A DNA stretch of 64,000 nucleotides from Kangiellaceae bacterium (GTDB taxonomy: Bacteria > Pseudomonadota > Gammaproteobacteria > Enterobacterales > Kangiellaceae). The notes below the pieces were generated by a model that saw nothing but the letters and a program-made list of their open reading frames with translations, made no database searches and was not told the DNA's origin. A program made the translations under genes and the position numbers. The DNA is taken from positions 38,364 through 102,363 of the forward strand of contig JBFHVL010000001.1 of assembly GCA_041589565.1 (NCBI GenBank), read 5' to 3'. Positions 28,227 through 39,139 of this stretch are shown piece by piece (the first letter of the stretch is position 1; the number at the start of each line of letters is the position of its first letter).

Positions 28227-28799
28227 TTAAGCTTGCAATAATGCCATATCACTTCTTTCGGTAATCATTTTTGCGGCGTCTTCACAAGTGACGGATCGAG
28301 TCTCACTCAAATGGCGACTTATAAATACATCCGGTGATTCGTCACCCTTTAGAGTAGATAGCTCATAATACATTCGATGGGGAATGATAGCGGGAGCTCC
28401 GAAATGATCATTGTATTCGGTTGCAATGATCTTTTCCGGTTCATTATTTGCCTGTTCTAATAAAGTCTGATAATGGTCAAAGGGAATTAGTGGCTGATGA
28501 CAAAACATTAGCATCATCCGCCTGGAGTTAAACTCGTGTTTACAGGCAAGCGCCACAGATGAAGCAATGCCTGATTCCCAGTTAGGGTTGTACACTTTGT
28601 CGACTTTTAGGCTGGATAATTCGGATTCGACCGTATGATGATTTCCTCCGGTAATAATAGTGACATTCTCACTTAACTTTAATGCTCGTTCACAGGCCAT
28701 GGTAACCAAGGTTCTTCCATGAAACTTCATCATTTGTTTGGACACGCCAATTCTGCTCGACCCGCCCGCGGCCAAAACCACTACAGATAAATCAATCAT
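28227..28799 (-). CDS. MobA-like NTP transferase family protein (possible molybdenum-cofactor cytidylyltransferase)
   Basis: N-terminal VVLAAGGSSRIG nucleotide-binding motif, 190 aa. Confidence 0.6.
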   Translation of the reverse strand: MIDLSVVVLAAGGSSRIGVSKQMMKFHGRTLVTMACERALKLSENVTIITGGNHHTVESELSSLKVDKVYNPNWESGIASSVALACKHEFNSRRMMLMFCHQPLIPFDHYQTLLEQANNEPEKIIATEYNDHFGAPAIIPHRMYYELSTLKGDESPDVFISRHLSETRSVTCEDAAKMITERSDMALLQA

Positions 28800-28890
28800 A
28801 AATTACAATCTACGGTTATAAGCTCAGACACTTTTAAGGATAGCAGAAACTTTAATTTCTACCTTATTGAGACTTTTAAGGAAAAGCTAA

Positions 28891-28922
28891 AAGAAAAGCC
28901 AGCAACTAAGCTGGCTTTTTTT
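28891..28922 (-). terminator. Terminator after gcdH
   Basis: gccagc-aactaa-gctggc hairpin flanked by A/T runs. Confidence 0.55.
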
Positions 28923-28926
28923 GAGA

Positions 28927-30105
28927 TTATTTAAAGGCCTGTATGCCCGTTTGTGCCCTGCCGAGAATCAGAGCGTGAACATCGTGAGTTCCTTCGTAGG
29001 TGTTTACCGCTTCAAGATTCATCATATGGCGAATAACATGAAACTCATCATTAATGCCGTTCCCGCCATGCATGTCTCGAGCGGTGCGAGCAATGTCCAG
29101 CGCTTTTCCACACGCATTACGCTTAACTAGAGAGATCATCTCAGGAACGAATCTTTGCTCATCAATGAGTCGACCTACTCGAAGAGATGCCTGTAAGCCC
29201 AGCGAGATTTCCGTTTGCATATCGGCCAGCTTCTTTTGTACCAGTTGTGTTGCCGCTAAGGGACGACCAAACTGTTTGCGATCCAACGTGTATTGTCGAG
29301 CTGCATGCCAGCAAGCTTCTGCAGCTCCCATGGCGCCCCAGGAAATACCATAACGAGCCATATTCAAACAGCTGAAGGGGCCTTTAAGGCCTTTAATTTC
29401 CGGGAACATGTTTTCCTCTGGAACAAACACATCATCCATCACGATTTCACCAGTAATAGACGCACGAAGCGAAAACTTACCTTCAATTTTAGGAGCGCTT
29501 AAACCTTCCATGCCCTTTTCCAAAACAAAGCCACGAATCACATCGTCTTCGGTTTTGGCCCAAACCACAAACACATCAGCGACTGGCGAGTTGGTGATCC
29601 ACATTTTGGTACCACTCAAACGATATCCACCCTCAACTTTTTTGGCGCGCGATTTCATGCTGCCAGGATCCGAGCCTGCATCTGGCTCAGTTAAACCAAA
29701 GCACCCAATGTATTCACCAGTAGCTAGTTTGGGTAGGTATTTTTCACGCTGCGCTTCAGTACCAAATTTATGAATGGGGTACATTACCAATGAAGATTGT
29801 ACGCTACATGCCGAACGATACCCGGAGTCTACACGCTCTACTTCACGGGCGATCAGTCCATAAGCTACATAGCTGGTTCCTGCACAGCCGTAACCGTCGA
29901 TAGTTGAACCAAGTAATCCGAGATCACCAAGCTCACGCATAATCTCGACATCAAAATGTTCGTGACGGTTAGCTTCTAATACTCGAGGTAATAACTTCTC
30001 TTGTGCGTATTGACGTGCGGCATCTCGAATCATCCGCTCTTCTTCGGTCAGTTGATCATCCAATAACAGGAGATCGTCCCAATTTGATAGTACTCCACCT
30101 GACAT
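28927..30105 (-). CDS. gcdH: Glutaryl-CoA dehydrogenase (acyl-CoA dehydrogenase family)
   Basis: 392 aa. Signatures: [30 protein letters not shown] and a C-terminal [20 protein letters not shown] typical of GCDH. Confidence 0.85.
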   Translation of the reverse strand: MSGGVLSNWDDLLLLDDQLTEEERMIRDAARQYAQEKLLPRVLEANRHEHFDVEIMRELGDLGLLGSTIDGYGCAGTSYVAYGLIAREVERVDSGYRSACSVQSSLVMYPIHKFGTEAQREKYLPKLATGEYIGCFGLTEPDAGSDPGSMKSRAKKVEGGYRLSGTKMWITNSPVADVFVVWAKTEDDVIRGFVLEKGMEGLSAPKIEGKFSLRASITGEIVMDDVFVPEENMFPEIKGLKGPFSCLNMARYGISWGAMGAAEACWHAARQYTLDRKQFGRPLAATQLVQKKLADMQTEISLGLQASLRVGRLIDEQRFVPEMISLVKRNACGKALDIARTARDMHGGNGINDEFHVIRHMMNLEAVNTYEGTHDVHALILGRAQTGIQAFK

Positions 30106-30342
30106 AGCTATATTCCAATTCAGTAAATTAAGGATTTATTATAAGGTGCTAAGCATCTCATCGATACTCAGACCAGTTGTACTTTACGCCCCGCATTATA
30201 AGTGATTTTAACCGCAATAAAGAAGACTAAAAATTATCCTGTTTTAGCAGAATAAATATGCGATTTCTTTGCAATAACGAGGGTAATTCGGATAGTTGAT
30301 GCATAATTTCTCAAATTTGAGTTTGTAGTCGATGTAAAACAA

Positions 30343-30960
30343 TTAAACGATTTTAGATAACCAGCCGAAAACATTACGGTAAATTTCGTCGTGCCCGGCA
30401 GAATTAGGGTGAATACCATCCTCAGACAAGTGCTCACTTTGTACAAAACCAGGTGCGACTTCAATAATTGAAGCTCCAACGTCTCTCGCCAGTTCAACAA
30501 GAGCGTTATTGTATACCGCTATATCTTTAAAAAACCTTAAGTGACCAAAACAGTTTTCTACGCCGTCCAGCTTACGTTCGAATGGTAAAATACTTATTAA
30601 ACCAGCTTTAATATTTAACTGGTTTGCGAGCTTTAAGCACTCTCCCAGATTGTCCTTAAAGTACGGAACCGGCACTCGATTTTTACCTTTATGAATCACC
30701 ATGTCATTTAATCCGTACTGTAAAACAACAACTGAAGTCATATTTCTATGACATCGTGAGCGAAGCTCAAACTCAAAACGCCTCTTTAGGCCATCAGTGG
30801 TTTCGCCGCCAACCCCTAAGTTGTATGCTGCCGTTGAAAGTGTCTGTTCTTCGCCTATCTGCTCAAAAAACCGTTGGTTTATTCGACTGACCCAACCGCC
30901 ATGACTTGAGTCTCGCTCGCCAAACGTAATACTATCGCCAAAACAGAAGACTCGACGCAT
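30343..30960 (-). CDS. SGNH/GDSL hydrolase
   Basis: Block I FCFGDSITFG, a later GxND block (YGLND), and a C-terminal DGIHPN catalytic block. Confidence 0.75.
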   Translation of the reverse strand: MRRVFCFGDSITFGERDSSHGGWVSRINQRFFEQIGEEQTLSTAAYNLGVGGETTDGLKRRFEFELRSRCHRNMTSVVVLQYGLNDMVIHKGKNRVPVPYFKDNLGECLKLANQLNIKAGLISILPFERKLDGVENCFGHLRFFKDIAVYNNALVELARDVGASIIEVAPGFVQSEHLSEDGIHPNSAGHDEIYRNVFGWLSKIV

Positions 30961-31030
30961 CTTATATCGCTCTTTATGATTACATTGGGTCCATTATTAC
31001 CTAAGCCGAGATATTGATGAAGTCCTACTC

Positions 31031-31738
31031 ATGAAAATTGAATTGACTCCCATAGGTATTGCAAAAACTCCATATAAGGAAAAATTTGCGATTCCACGAC
31101 AGCCCGGATTGGTTCCCAGTGTAAGAAGCGAGATTGAGTTTATTGCTCCCTTTAATGACTCGGCGCTTTTCGACGGCATCGAACAACATTCTCACCTTTG
31201 GGTTGAGTTTTTGTTTCATCATAATCTGGAGCAAGGCTGGAGCCCTAAAGTTCGTCCTCCAAGATTAGGCGGAAATCGAAAACTAGGGGTATTTGCTACT
31301 CGCTCAAGTTTTCGTCCTAATGGTATTGGTTTATCAGTGGGCAAACTACTGGAAGTTAAAACCGTAAAAGGAATCACTAGCCTAGTCATGCAAGGCCTGG
31401 ATTTACTTGATGGCACGCCAGTCTTAGATATAAAGCCTTATTTGCCTTACGCCGATATTGTTGGTGAAGCTCAAGCAGGCTTTGCACAAGAAAAGCCCGA
31501 GCCTATGAAGATTTCCTTTAGTGAAAATGCCTTGCAACAATGTCATATATTTTCAAAGCGCCATCCAGAATTACATCAGGTGATCACAGAAATATTAACT
31601 CAAGATCCCCGTCCGGCTTATAAGAAAAATACGTCAGAAGATAAAATATATGGCGTTCGTTTATTTAATTATGAAGTAAAGTGGAAAGTCGAAGCGAATG
31701 AAAATATCGTAATCTCCATTGACGCTTTGAAAAGTTAA
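31031..31738 (+). CDS. tsaA: tRNA (m6t6A37) methyltransferase TrmO/TsaA (YaeB family)
   Basis: Conserved PRQPG, SH.W..F.FH, RPN.IG.S and TP.LDIKPY motifs. Confidence 0.85.
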   Translation: MKIELTPIGIAKTPYKEKFAIPRQPGLVPSVRSEIEFIAPFNDSALFDGIEQHSHLWVEFLFHHNLEQGWSPKVRPPRLGGNRKLGVFATRSSFRPNGIGLSVGKLLEVKTVKGITSLVMQGLDLLDGTPVLDIKPYLPYADIVGEAQAGFAQEKPEPMKISFSENALQQCHIFSKRHPELHQVITEILTQDPRPAYKKNTSEDKIYGVRLFNYEVKWKVEANENIVISIDALKS

Positions 31739-31751
31739 CTTTTCGCGTTAT

Positions 31752-31779
31752 AAAAAAGCCGGGCAAAAGCCCGGCTTTT
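31752..31779. terminator. Bidirectional terminator between tsaA and prpC
   Basis: gccgggc-aaaa-gcccggc hairpin flanked by A6 and T4. Confidence 0.65.
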
Positions 31780-31796
31780 AATATTATACAGTAAGA

Positions 31797-32945
31797 TTAT
31801 TTTCGGTCTTTAATATCGACCCATTTAAGATCTTCTGGACCTACATAGTTAGCGCTAGGACGGATAATTTTCCCATCAACACGTTGTTCCATAATATGCG
31901 CTGCCCAACCGGTAATTCGTGACATAACAAAAATTGGCGTGAACATAGCCGTTGGGATCCCCATCTGATGATAAGAAACCGCTGAGAACCAATCAAGATT
32001 AGGGAACATTTTCTTTTCTTCCCACATAACAGTTTCCAATCGCTCCGCAATATCATACAAGTTCATATCGCCGTTTTCTTCAGAAAGCTGTTTGGCAACC
32101 TTCTTGATCACTTCGTTACGTGGATCGGAAACGGTATACACAGGGTGACCAAAGCCAATCACAATTTCTTTACGAGCAATTCGTTCTTTAATGTCATTTT
32201 CAGCTTCATCAGCGTTTGCATAACGCTTTTGAATTTCCAGCGCGACTTCGTTAGCCCCACCATGCTTAGGACCACGTAAAGCACCAATAGCACCACATAC
32301 AGCAGAATACATATCGGAATTTGTGCCTGCGATCACTCGACTAGTGAAGGTTGAAGCATTGAACTCGTGCTCGGCATAAAGAATTAGTGAAATATGCATA
32401 GCCTTTTCCCAAGATTCAGAAGGCTCTTCACCGTGCAACAAGTGGAGGAAGTGTGCACCAATAGAATCGTCATCAGTTTCTACATCGATGCGTTTACCAT
32501 TATGACTAAAGTGATACCAATACAACAACATTGAACCAAAAGAGGCCATTAAACGATCGGCAATATCTTTTGCATCAGCTTCATTATGATCGTCTTTTTC
32601 GGGTAACACTGTCCCTAAAACTGAACAACCTGTTCGCAGTACATCCATTGGATGAGCCGCCGCAGGAATGCATTCCAATGCTTCCTGAACGGCTAAAGGT
32701 AAACCGCGCATGGACTTTAATTTACGTTTGTAGTTTTTGAGTTCCGCTTCAGTTGGTAACGTTCCGTGAATTAAAAGATAAGCAATTTCCTCGAACTCGG
32801 CTTTCTCAGCAAAATCGAGAATATCATATCCGCGATAGGCTAAATCATTTCCAGTACGTCCAACAGTACATAATGCAGTGTTACCTGCCGCAACACCCGA
32901 AAGCGCTACTGACTTCTTGGCTTTTGGTAAAATCTGCTCTGCCAT
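31797..32945 (-). CDS. prpC: 2-methylcitrate synthase
   Basis: Citrate-synthase fold ([16 protein letters not shown]), 382 aa, immediately after prpB. Confidence 0.9.
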   Translation of the reverse strand: MAEQILPKAKKSVALSGVAAGNTALCTVGRTGNDLAYRGYDILDFAEKAEFEEIAYLLIHGTLPTEAELKNYKRKLKSMRGLPLAVQEALECIPAAAHPMDVLRTGCSVLGTVLPEKDDHNEADAKDIADRLMASFGSMLLYWYHFSHNGKRIDVETDDDSIGAHFLHLLHGEEPSESWEKAMHISLILYAEHEFNASTFTSRVIAGTNSDMYSAVCGAIGALRGPKHGGANEVALEIQKRYANADEAENDIKERIARKEIVIGFGHPVYTVSDPRNEVIKKVAKQLSEENGDMNLYDIAERLETVMWEEKKMFPNLDWFSAVSYHQMGIPTAMFTPIFVMSRITGWAAHIMEQRVDGKIIRPSANYVGPEDLKWVDIKDRK

Positions 32946-32947
32946 TT

Positions 32948-33838
32948 TTATTTCTCCTTATTCTGTGCGAACAGTGAATCGAGCTTTTGCTCATAGCTAT
33001 GATAGTTAAGGTAGTCGTATAACTCATCTCTGGTTTGCATAATGTCGATCACATTACGCTGGTGGCCGTCATTTTTAAGAGCTTCATAGACTGTTAAAGC
33101 TCCTTTATTCATAGCGCGATAGGCACCACAACAATACAATACAATATCGACACCCACCTCACCTAATTCAGGGGTCGAAAATAATGGTGTTTTACCAAAC
33201 TCAGTAATGTTGGCCAAAATAGGGACTTTTACCGCTTCTTTAAAAATTTTGTATTGTTCGAGTGTATTGATAGCTTCTGGAAAAATCATATCGGCTCCGG
33301 CTTCAACACAAGCCAGCGCTCGCTCAACGGCAGCATCCATACCTTCAACCGCCAAAGCATCGGTGCGTGCCATAATGACAAACTGATCGTCGGTTTTCGC
33401 ATCGACAGCAGCCTTGATGCGATCGATCATTTCATTCTTGGATACGATTTCTTTACCAGGACGATGACCACAACGCTTAGCCGCTACCTGATCTTCAATA
33501 TGACAACCTGCTGCACCGGCTTTGCTTAGCGACTTAACGGTTCGCGCAATATTAAAAGCACCACCCCAACCTGTATCGGCATCGACTAACAAGGGTAAAT
33601 CGCAAACATCGGTAATGCGACGCACATCGATCAACACATCTTCTAGAGAACTGATTCCTAAATCGGGCATGCCCAAAGAATTTGCCGCGACACCACCGCC
33701 CGATAAATAAATAGCCTGATGGCCAACACGTTTCGCCATATGAGCGGTATAGGCATTAATGGTTCCCACCACCTGAAGCGGCTTGTTATTCGCAACCGCT
33801 GCGCGAAACTTTGCACCTGCGCTTTGTGTTTGTGTCAT
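32948..33838 (-). CDS. prpB: Methylisocitrate lyase
   Basis: PEP-mutase/ICL family. Active-site loop KRCGHRPGK and a DADTGWGG motif. Confidence 0.92.
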   Translation of the reverse strand: MTQTQSAGAKFRAAVANNKPLQVVGTINAYTAHMAKRVGHQAIYLSGGGVAANSLGMPDLGISSLEDVLIDVRRITDVCDLPLLVDADTGWGGAFNIARTVKSLSKAGAAGCHIEDQVAAKRCGHRPGKEIVSKNEMIDRIKAAVDAKTDDQFVIMARTDALAVEGMDAAVERALACVEAGADMIFPEAINTLEQYKIFKEAVKVPILANITEFGKTPLFSTPELGEVGVDIVLYCCGAYRAMNKGALTVYEALKNDGHQRNVIDIMQTRDELYDYLNYHSYEQKLDSLFAQNKEK

Positions 33839-33880
33839 AGTTTTTCTCTTATCGTCTGTAGTCCAATTTTCAACAGCTAT

Positions 33881-33904
33881 AAAAAAGCAGCACTAGTGTG
33901 CTGC
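33881..33904 (-). terminator. Hairpin + T6 overlapping the fumarase stop codon (terminator/attenuator before prpB)
   Basis: Minus strand reads gcagcac-acta-gtgctgc (7-bp stem) followed by TTTTTT. It lies 43 nt upstream of the prpB ATG. Confidence 0.5.
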
Positions 33905-35410
33905 CATTTCTTCGATTTTAACTTTCCATACGGCAGGACCAGTTTTATGCACAGACTCACCAGTCGAATCAACTGCGACCGTGACCGGCATATCCTGCAC
34001 CTCAAATTCGTAAATAGCTTCCATTCCTAACTCCTCAAAAGCCACCACGCGTGCCTTTTTGATAGCTTTAGAAACCAAATAAGCGGCGCCGCCCACTGCC
34101 ATTAAATAAACAGCTTTGTGCTTTTTGATGGCTTCAATCGCGATATCCCCTCGCTCGGCTTTTCCAACCATTCCGAGCAGACCGGTTTTCTCCAGCATCA
34201 TATCAGTATATTTATCCATACGTGTCGCTGTCGTTGGGCCGGCAGGTCCTACGACTTCATCACGAACGGCATCTACTGGGCCCACGTAGTAAATAAATTT
34301 ACCTTTAAAGTCGACACCATCAGGTAATGACTCGCCTTTGGCGAAAATATCTTGAATTCGTTTGTGTGCCGCATCGCGCCCAGTTAACAACTTACCTGAT
34401 AGTAATAAAGTCTCACCGGGTTGCCAGCTGGCAACGTCTTCTGGCGTAACTGTATCCAGATTAACGCGTCGTACATTGTCACCGATTTCCCAGGTCACTT
34501 CTGGCCAATCATCAATAGAAGGCTGTTTTAATTCTGCAGGACCGGAACCATCAAGCGTAAAATGAGCATGGCGGGTCGCAGCGCAGTTAGGGATCATTGC
34601 GACAGGAAGTGAAGCCGCGTGAGTGGGGCAATCTTTGATTTTGATATCCAAAACAGTCGTTAAGCCGCCCAAACCCTGAGCACCAATGCCCAGCTTGTTC
34701 ACTTCATCAAAGATCTTTAATCGCAACTCTTCAACTGAGTTTTGTGGCCCACGCTCAGTCAGTTCATGAATATCAATGGGATCCATTAAGGACTGTTTGG
34801 CCATCACCATGGCTTTTTCTGCAGTACCACCAATACCGATTCCTAACATACCGGGTGGACACCAGCCTGCTCCCATTTTCGGTACGGTTTCTAATACCCA
34901 GTCCAAAATCGAATCGTTTGGATTAAGCATAACGAACTTGGATTTGTTTTCTGAACCGCCTCCCTTTGCAGCAACATCGACGTGAACCTTATCGCCTTCG
35001 ACCATTTCAATATGCACAACAGCAGGAGTGTTATCGCGGGTGTTTTTTCGTGGTCCGACGGGATTTTCGACAATGGAAGCTCGAAGAGGATTATCGGGGT
35101 TGCTATAGGCTCGACGGACACCTTCGTCCACCATTTGCTGGACAGTTAAATCACTGTCCCATTGAACCTGCATGCCTATTTTTACAAAAACGGTAACGAT
35201 GCCTGTGTCCTGACACACTGGACGACGTCCTTCAGCGGACATTCTGGAGTTGATGAGGATTTGAGCAATCGCATCTTTCGCACCGGGGCTCTGTTCTTTT
35301 TGATACGCCTCATGCATCGCATCGACAAAATCCTTGGGGTGATAATACGAAATAAACTGCAATGCATTTTCAATACTATCAATAAAGTCGGCTTTTTTTA
35401 TGACCGCCAT
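33893..35410 (-). CDS. Class I (Fe-S) fumarate hydratase, fused alpha/beta type
   Basis: About 505 aa. Fe-S hydro-lyase motifs (CQDTGI, PNCA, GGTAEK). The start is set at MAVIKKADF, where GGAGG lies 5 nt upstream. The ORF track extends 8 codons further, to 35434. Confidence 0.87.
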   Translation of the reverse strand: MAVIKKADFIDSIENALQFISYYHPKDFVDAMHEAYQKEQSPGAKDAIAQILINSRMSAEGRRPVCQDTGIVTVFVKIGMQVQWDSDLTVQQMVDEGVRRAYSNPDNPLRASIVENPVGPRKNTRDNTPAVVHIEMVEGDKVHVDVAAKGGGSENKSKFVMLNPNDSILDWVLETVPKMGAGWCPPGMLGIGIGGTAEKAMVMAKQSLMDPIDIHELTERGPQNSVEELRLKIFDEVNKLGIGAQGLGGLTTVLDIKIKDCPTHAASLPVAMIPNCAATRHAHFTLDGSGPAELKQPSIDDWPEVTWEIGDNVRRVNLDTVTPEDVASWQPGETLLLSGKLLTGRDAAHKRIQDIFAKGESLPDGVDFKGKFIYYVGPVDAVRDEVVGPAGPTTATRMDKYTDMMLEKTGLLGMVGKAERGDIAIEAIKKHKAVYLMAVGGAAYLVSKAIKKARVVAFEELGMEAIYEFEVQDMPVTVAVDSTGESVHKTGPAVWKVKIEEMAAH

Positions 35411-35551
35411 GAATTCCTCCAGAATAGTGTACACAGATATTTGGGTGTACTTTGAATGTCGCGGCTATTCTATTGCACCGCACAACATTACATTAAAAGC
35501 GAAATGGGTTCAACGATATGGGGTAAAACTTTGCTATTATAACCGATTCGT

Positions 35552-36982
35552 ATGACCGCCGTCAGGCGCAAAATAGCCTTTAAAATCAAATTTATGCAGT
35601 ACATTGAGCTGGATTATTTCGGTCAAAAAACAGCCACCTACTATTTCGAGAAAGTGGCGCATCTCCCCTATTCTCTGTTACTCGACAGTGGTCAAACTGA
35701 GGGTGATGACGGTCGTTATGACATCCTATTATGTCAACCCAACGAAGTTTTAATCAGTCAAAACGGCAAACACCTTGTTAAGCGGCCAAGCTGTAATCAA
35801 CAAACAGAAATTGCTGACTGTTTCGAGCAATTAAACCTTTGGCTGAGTAAGTATAATGAACCGGACCAGAATAAATTAACTAAAGATTTACCATTTACCG
35901 GTGGTATCGCTGGAGCCTTTGCTTACGATTTAGGAAGGCAGCTCGAGTCCATCGATTCGATAGCTAAAAACGATACCACTATTCCCGACTTGGTCGCAGG
36001 AACTTACTGGTGTCCGCTGATCATAGATCATCAAAATCAAAGTGCGTTTCTTTACGATTTTTCTCCGCAACAAGACTCGCTCAAAACAATACAACGTCTC
36101 TATTCAGTTAAGACTAAACAAAAAGCGTTCTCCAGGAAAGGATGCAACTTTAAACTCACCAGCCCATGGCAATCTAACATGACACAAGAGGAGTACAGTA
36201 ACAAATTTGAGTGCGTAAAAAGCTATATAAAAGCCGGAGACTGCTATCAAATTAATCTGGCTCAACGCTTTACCGCTAGCTATCAAGGCGATGTCTGGCA
36301 AGCTTATGAGCATCTTAATCAACTTAACGGCGCGCCTTTTTCTGCTTATTTTAACTTTGAATGTGGCACGTTATTGTCCCTGTCGCCCGAAAGGTTTATT
36401 CGGGTCGATGGCGATAACGTGGTTACCCAACCTATTAAAGGAACCCGACCGAGAAGCAGCGATCCCAAGATTGATGACGCTTTAAAAAGTGAGTTATTCA
36501 ACAGCGAAAAAGATCGTGCCGAGAATTTAATGATTGTAGATTTATTGCGTAATGATTTAGGACGAACTGCAATTCCCGGTAGCGTTAAGGTAACCGAATT
36601 GTTTGGTTGCTATTCATTCCCTTCGGTGCATCATCTTATCTCAACTATTGAATCAAAAATTGACAACGAAACAACAGCTGTGGATGTGCTAAAGGAGGCC
36701 TTTCCTGGAGGTTCTATTACTGGAGCACCCAAAGTCAGAGCCATGGAAATCATTGAAGAACTTGAACCTAACCGAAGACACTTTTACTGCGGTTCAATCG
36801 CTTACTTTAGCTTTAATGGTCGAGTGGACAGCAGCATTTTAATTCGCACTTTAATGGCCAAAGGCCAAACATTATATGCTTGGGCGGGCGGTGGACTGGT
36901 CGATGACTCTCAATGTGATTTGGAATATCAGGAAACATTTGCCAAACTTAGTAAAATTCTTGAGCCCCTTTCTCAGCTTTGA
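35552..36982 (+). CDS. pabB: Aminodeoxychorismate synthase component I
   Basis: Chorismate-binding domain (SPERF, GTRPR, AENLMIVDLLRND, PGGSITGAPK). An alternative start at 35594 (MQYIELDYF) aligns better with E. coli PabB. Confidence 0.85.
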   Translation: MTAVRRKIAFKIKFMQYIELDYFGQKTATYYFEKVAHLPYSLLLDSGQTEGDDGRYDILLCQPNEVLISQNGKHLVKRPSCNQQTEIADCFEQLNLWLSKYNEPDQNKLTKDLPFTGGIAGAFAYDLGRQLESIDSIAKNDTTIPDLVAGTYWCPLIIDHQNQSAFLYDFSPQQDSLKTIQRLYSVKTKQKAFSRKGCNFKLTSPWQSNMTQEEYSNKFECVKSYIKAGDCYQINLAQRFTASYQGDVWQAYEHLNQLNGAPFSAYFNFECGTLLSLSPERFIRVDGDNVVTQPIKGTRPRSSDPKIDDALKSELFNSEKDRAENLMIVDLLRNDLGRTAIPGSVKVTELFGCYSFPSVHHLISTIESKIDNETTAVDVLKEAFPGGSITGAPKVRAMEIIEELEPNRRHFYCGSIAYFSFNGRVDSSILIRTLMAKGQTLYAWAGGGLVDDSQCDLEYQETFAKLSKILEPLSQL

Positions 36983-37626
36983 AGAGAACCGATAATATGC
37001 TGTTTGAACCGAATCAATTACACCAGGCATTAAGCCAACCTCATTCTCAAACAACAACAGTGGACGATGCTCAATCCGATAATCAACAATTACTTACTCC
37101 GGCAGCGGTTCTGGTTCCTTTGGTAGAACGTCAGGTTGGCTCTCAAGTGGGCTATCACATATTACTCACACGACGAGCGCGACACTTAAAAAATCACCCC
37201 GGTCAGATCAGTTTTCCTGGAGGCAGTCGTGAATCGCGAGATCTGTCGTTATTACAAACCGCACTGCGTGAAACTTTCGAAGAAATAGGCATCCTTCCTC
37301 ATCAGGTAAATGTTATCGGCGAACTCCCCCAGCATGAAACGATCACCCGCTATTTAATGACCCCATTTGTTGGAATAATTAAAGACCCCTACCAATTAAC
37401 CATCGATTCATCCGAAGTCGATGAAGCGTTTGAAGTTCCTCTAAGTTTTGTTTGTAACCCAACGAATCAGGAATTAAAGAGCGCTTTTTTTCAAGGACAA
37501 AAACGTTATTACTACTCTATCCAATATCAGCATTACAATATCTGGGGAGCCACAGCTCGAATTCTGGTAGAGTTCTCGAAACGTGTGAGAGAAGTGATTA
37601 ACAGATTAGACCACTGTCCGGGTTGA
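36979..37626 (+). CDS. nudL: CoA pyrophosphatase (NudL-like NUDIX hydrolase)
   Basis: LLTRRA..L..H.GQISFPGG signature plus the Nudix box ALRETFEEIGI. Confidence 0.75.
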   Translation: MKRTDNMLFEPNQLHQALSQPHSQTTTVDDAQSDNQQLLTPAAVLVPLVERQVGSQVGYHILLTRRARHLKNHPGQISFPGGSRESRDLSLLQTALRETFEEIGILPHQVNVIGELPQHETITRYLMTPFVGIIKDPYQLTIDSSEVDEAFEVPLSFVCNPTNQELKSAFFQGQKRYYYSIQYQHYNIWGATARILVEFSKRVREVINRLDHCPG

Positions 37627-37732
37627 CGGATTCTGGTAGTGTATCCCATCTCGACTCCTATAAAATAGCGCACAAAAACGCAATCCTAAGTACCTAAAGT
37701 TCATTAGGAAAACTAATACACACAAAGCCAAG

Positions 37733-39121
37733 GTGAAGACATTGTCCATCAGTACGTTTGAGATTTTTACAATAGGAATTGGCCCATCCAGTTCGCACAC
37801 CGTCGGTCCAATGCGTGCCGCTCGACGCTTTATCAGAGAATTACAAAAAAACAACAAACTGATTCAAGTTGCCCGAGTAAAAAGCGAGCTTTATGGCTCA
37901 TTAGGTCAAACCGGTAAAGGTCACGGCAGTGATGTGGCAGTACTGATGGGACTTGAAGGAAATCGTCCTGCGTCGCTAGATCCCGACACTGTTCCCGATC
38001 GCATGGATCGAATTCGAAACAATGGTGAAATATCGCTCGATGGCTCTCATAAAATTTCATTTAACGAAAAGAAGGATTTAATTTTTCATCGTCGCGAAGT
38101 ACTGCCAAAGCACGCTAATGGAATGCGATTTACAGCCTATGACATCGACGACAACCCGATCAAGTCAAACATTTACTACTCAGTTGGTGGCGGCTTTGTT
38201 GTCAATGATGATGTATCCGCAGAAGATCCTTTTGTTGAAGATAACACACCACTTAAGTATCCCTTTAAAACCGCAACCGAATTATTGCAGCTGGTAAATG
38301 AACACGGCTTATCAATATCCAGTTTAATGCTGGCTAATGAGAAAGCATGGCGTAACGAGCAGGAAATCCGAGATGGACTCTTACTTATCTGGGAAACCAT
38401 GAAAGCATGTGTTCAGCGCGGTTGTCAGCGTGAGGGTATTTTACCTGGTGGGCTAAAAGTAAAACGTCGAGCACCTTCGTTATTTCGTAAGCTGAAAGCC
38501 AGTCAGAATCAAGTCGATGAATTGTCAGTTATGGACTGGGTCAATCTTTATGCCCTTGCAGTCAACGAAGAAAACGCAGCAGGTGGTCGAGTTGTAACAG
38601 CCCCTACCAATGGCGCAGCGGGTATCATTCCAGCAGTACTTCACTATTACGTGCAGCACCATTGTAAAGGTCAGGCTGAAGACGACGCCATCATCCGCTT
38701 TTTACTGACCGCTTCTGCAATCGCAATTTTATATAAAGAAAACGCCTCTATTTCTGGAGCCGAAGTTGGATGTCAGGGTGAAGTGGGGGTTGCTTGCTCC
38801 ATGGCGGCAGCAGCGCTAACCGAAGTACTAGGAGGAACGCCCGAACAGGTAGAAAACGCGGCAGAAATTGGTATGGAACACAATCTTGGGCTTACCTGTG
38901 ATCCGGTTGGAGGATTGGTTCAGGTACCCTGTATTGAGCGTAATGCCATGGGATCGATTAAAGCCATCAATGCCGCACGTCTGGCGCTTCGTGGAGATGG
39001 TACTCATAAAGTTTCGCTGGATAAGGTTATTAAAACCATGCGTGAAACCGGTGCGGACATGAAAACCAAATACAAAGAAACCGCCCGCGGTGGACTCGCG
39101 GTTAATATTATCGAGTGCTAA
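37733..39121 (+). CDS. sdaA: L-serine ammonia-lyase (Fe-S L-serine dehydratase)
   Basis: [17 protein letters not shown]-terminus and a CIERNA motif, 462 aa. The start is a GTG, so the exact start is uncertain. Confidence 0.92.
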   Translation: MKTLSISTFEIFTIGIGPSSSHTVGPMRAARRFIRELQKNNKLIQVARVKSELYGSLGQTGKGHGSDVAVLMGLEGNRPASLDPDTVPDRMDRIRNNGEISLDGSHKISFNEKKDLIFHRREVLPKHANGMRFTAYDIDDNPIKSNIYYSVGGGFVVNDDVSAEDPFVEDNTPLKYPFKTATELLQLVNEHGLSISSLMLANEKAWRNEQEIRDGLLLIWETMKACVQRGCQREGILPGGLKVKRRAPSLFRKLKASQNQVDELSVMDWVNLYALAVNEENAAGGRVVTAPTNGAAGIIPAVLHYYVQHHCKGQAEDDAIIRFLLTASAIAILYKENASISGAEVGCQGEVGVACSMAAAALTEVLGGTPEQVENAAEIGMEHNLGLTCDPVGGLVQVPCIERNAMGSIKAINAARLALRGDGTHKVSLDKVIKTMRETGADMKTKYKETARGGLAVNIIEC

Positions 39122-39139
39122 TTCTGTTTAGATGCTCGT

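Noticed and set aside
30234-30500. 88-aa ORF overlapping the 3' end of the SGNH hydrolase gene.
   Set aside because: It is an out-of-frame overlap with a gene that has clear catalytic blocks. It has an unremarkable composition and no RBS.
33839-33880. Independent sigma70 promoter for prpB (TTGAAA-16 nt-TAAGAG).
   Set aside because: The -10 is poor (3/6) and would leave only about 6 nt of leader before the ATG. Read-through from the fumarase gene is more plausible. It is mentioned only within the prp finding.
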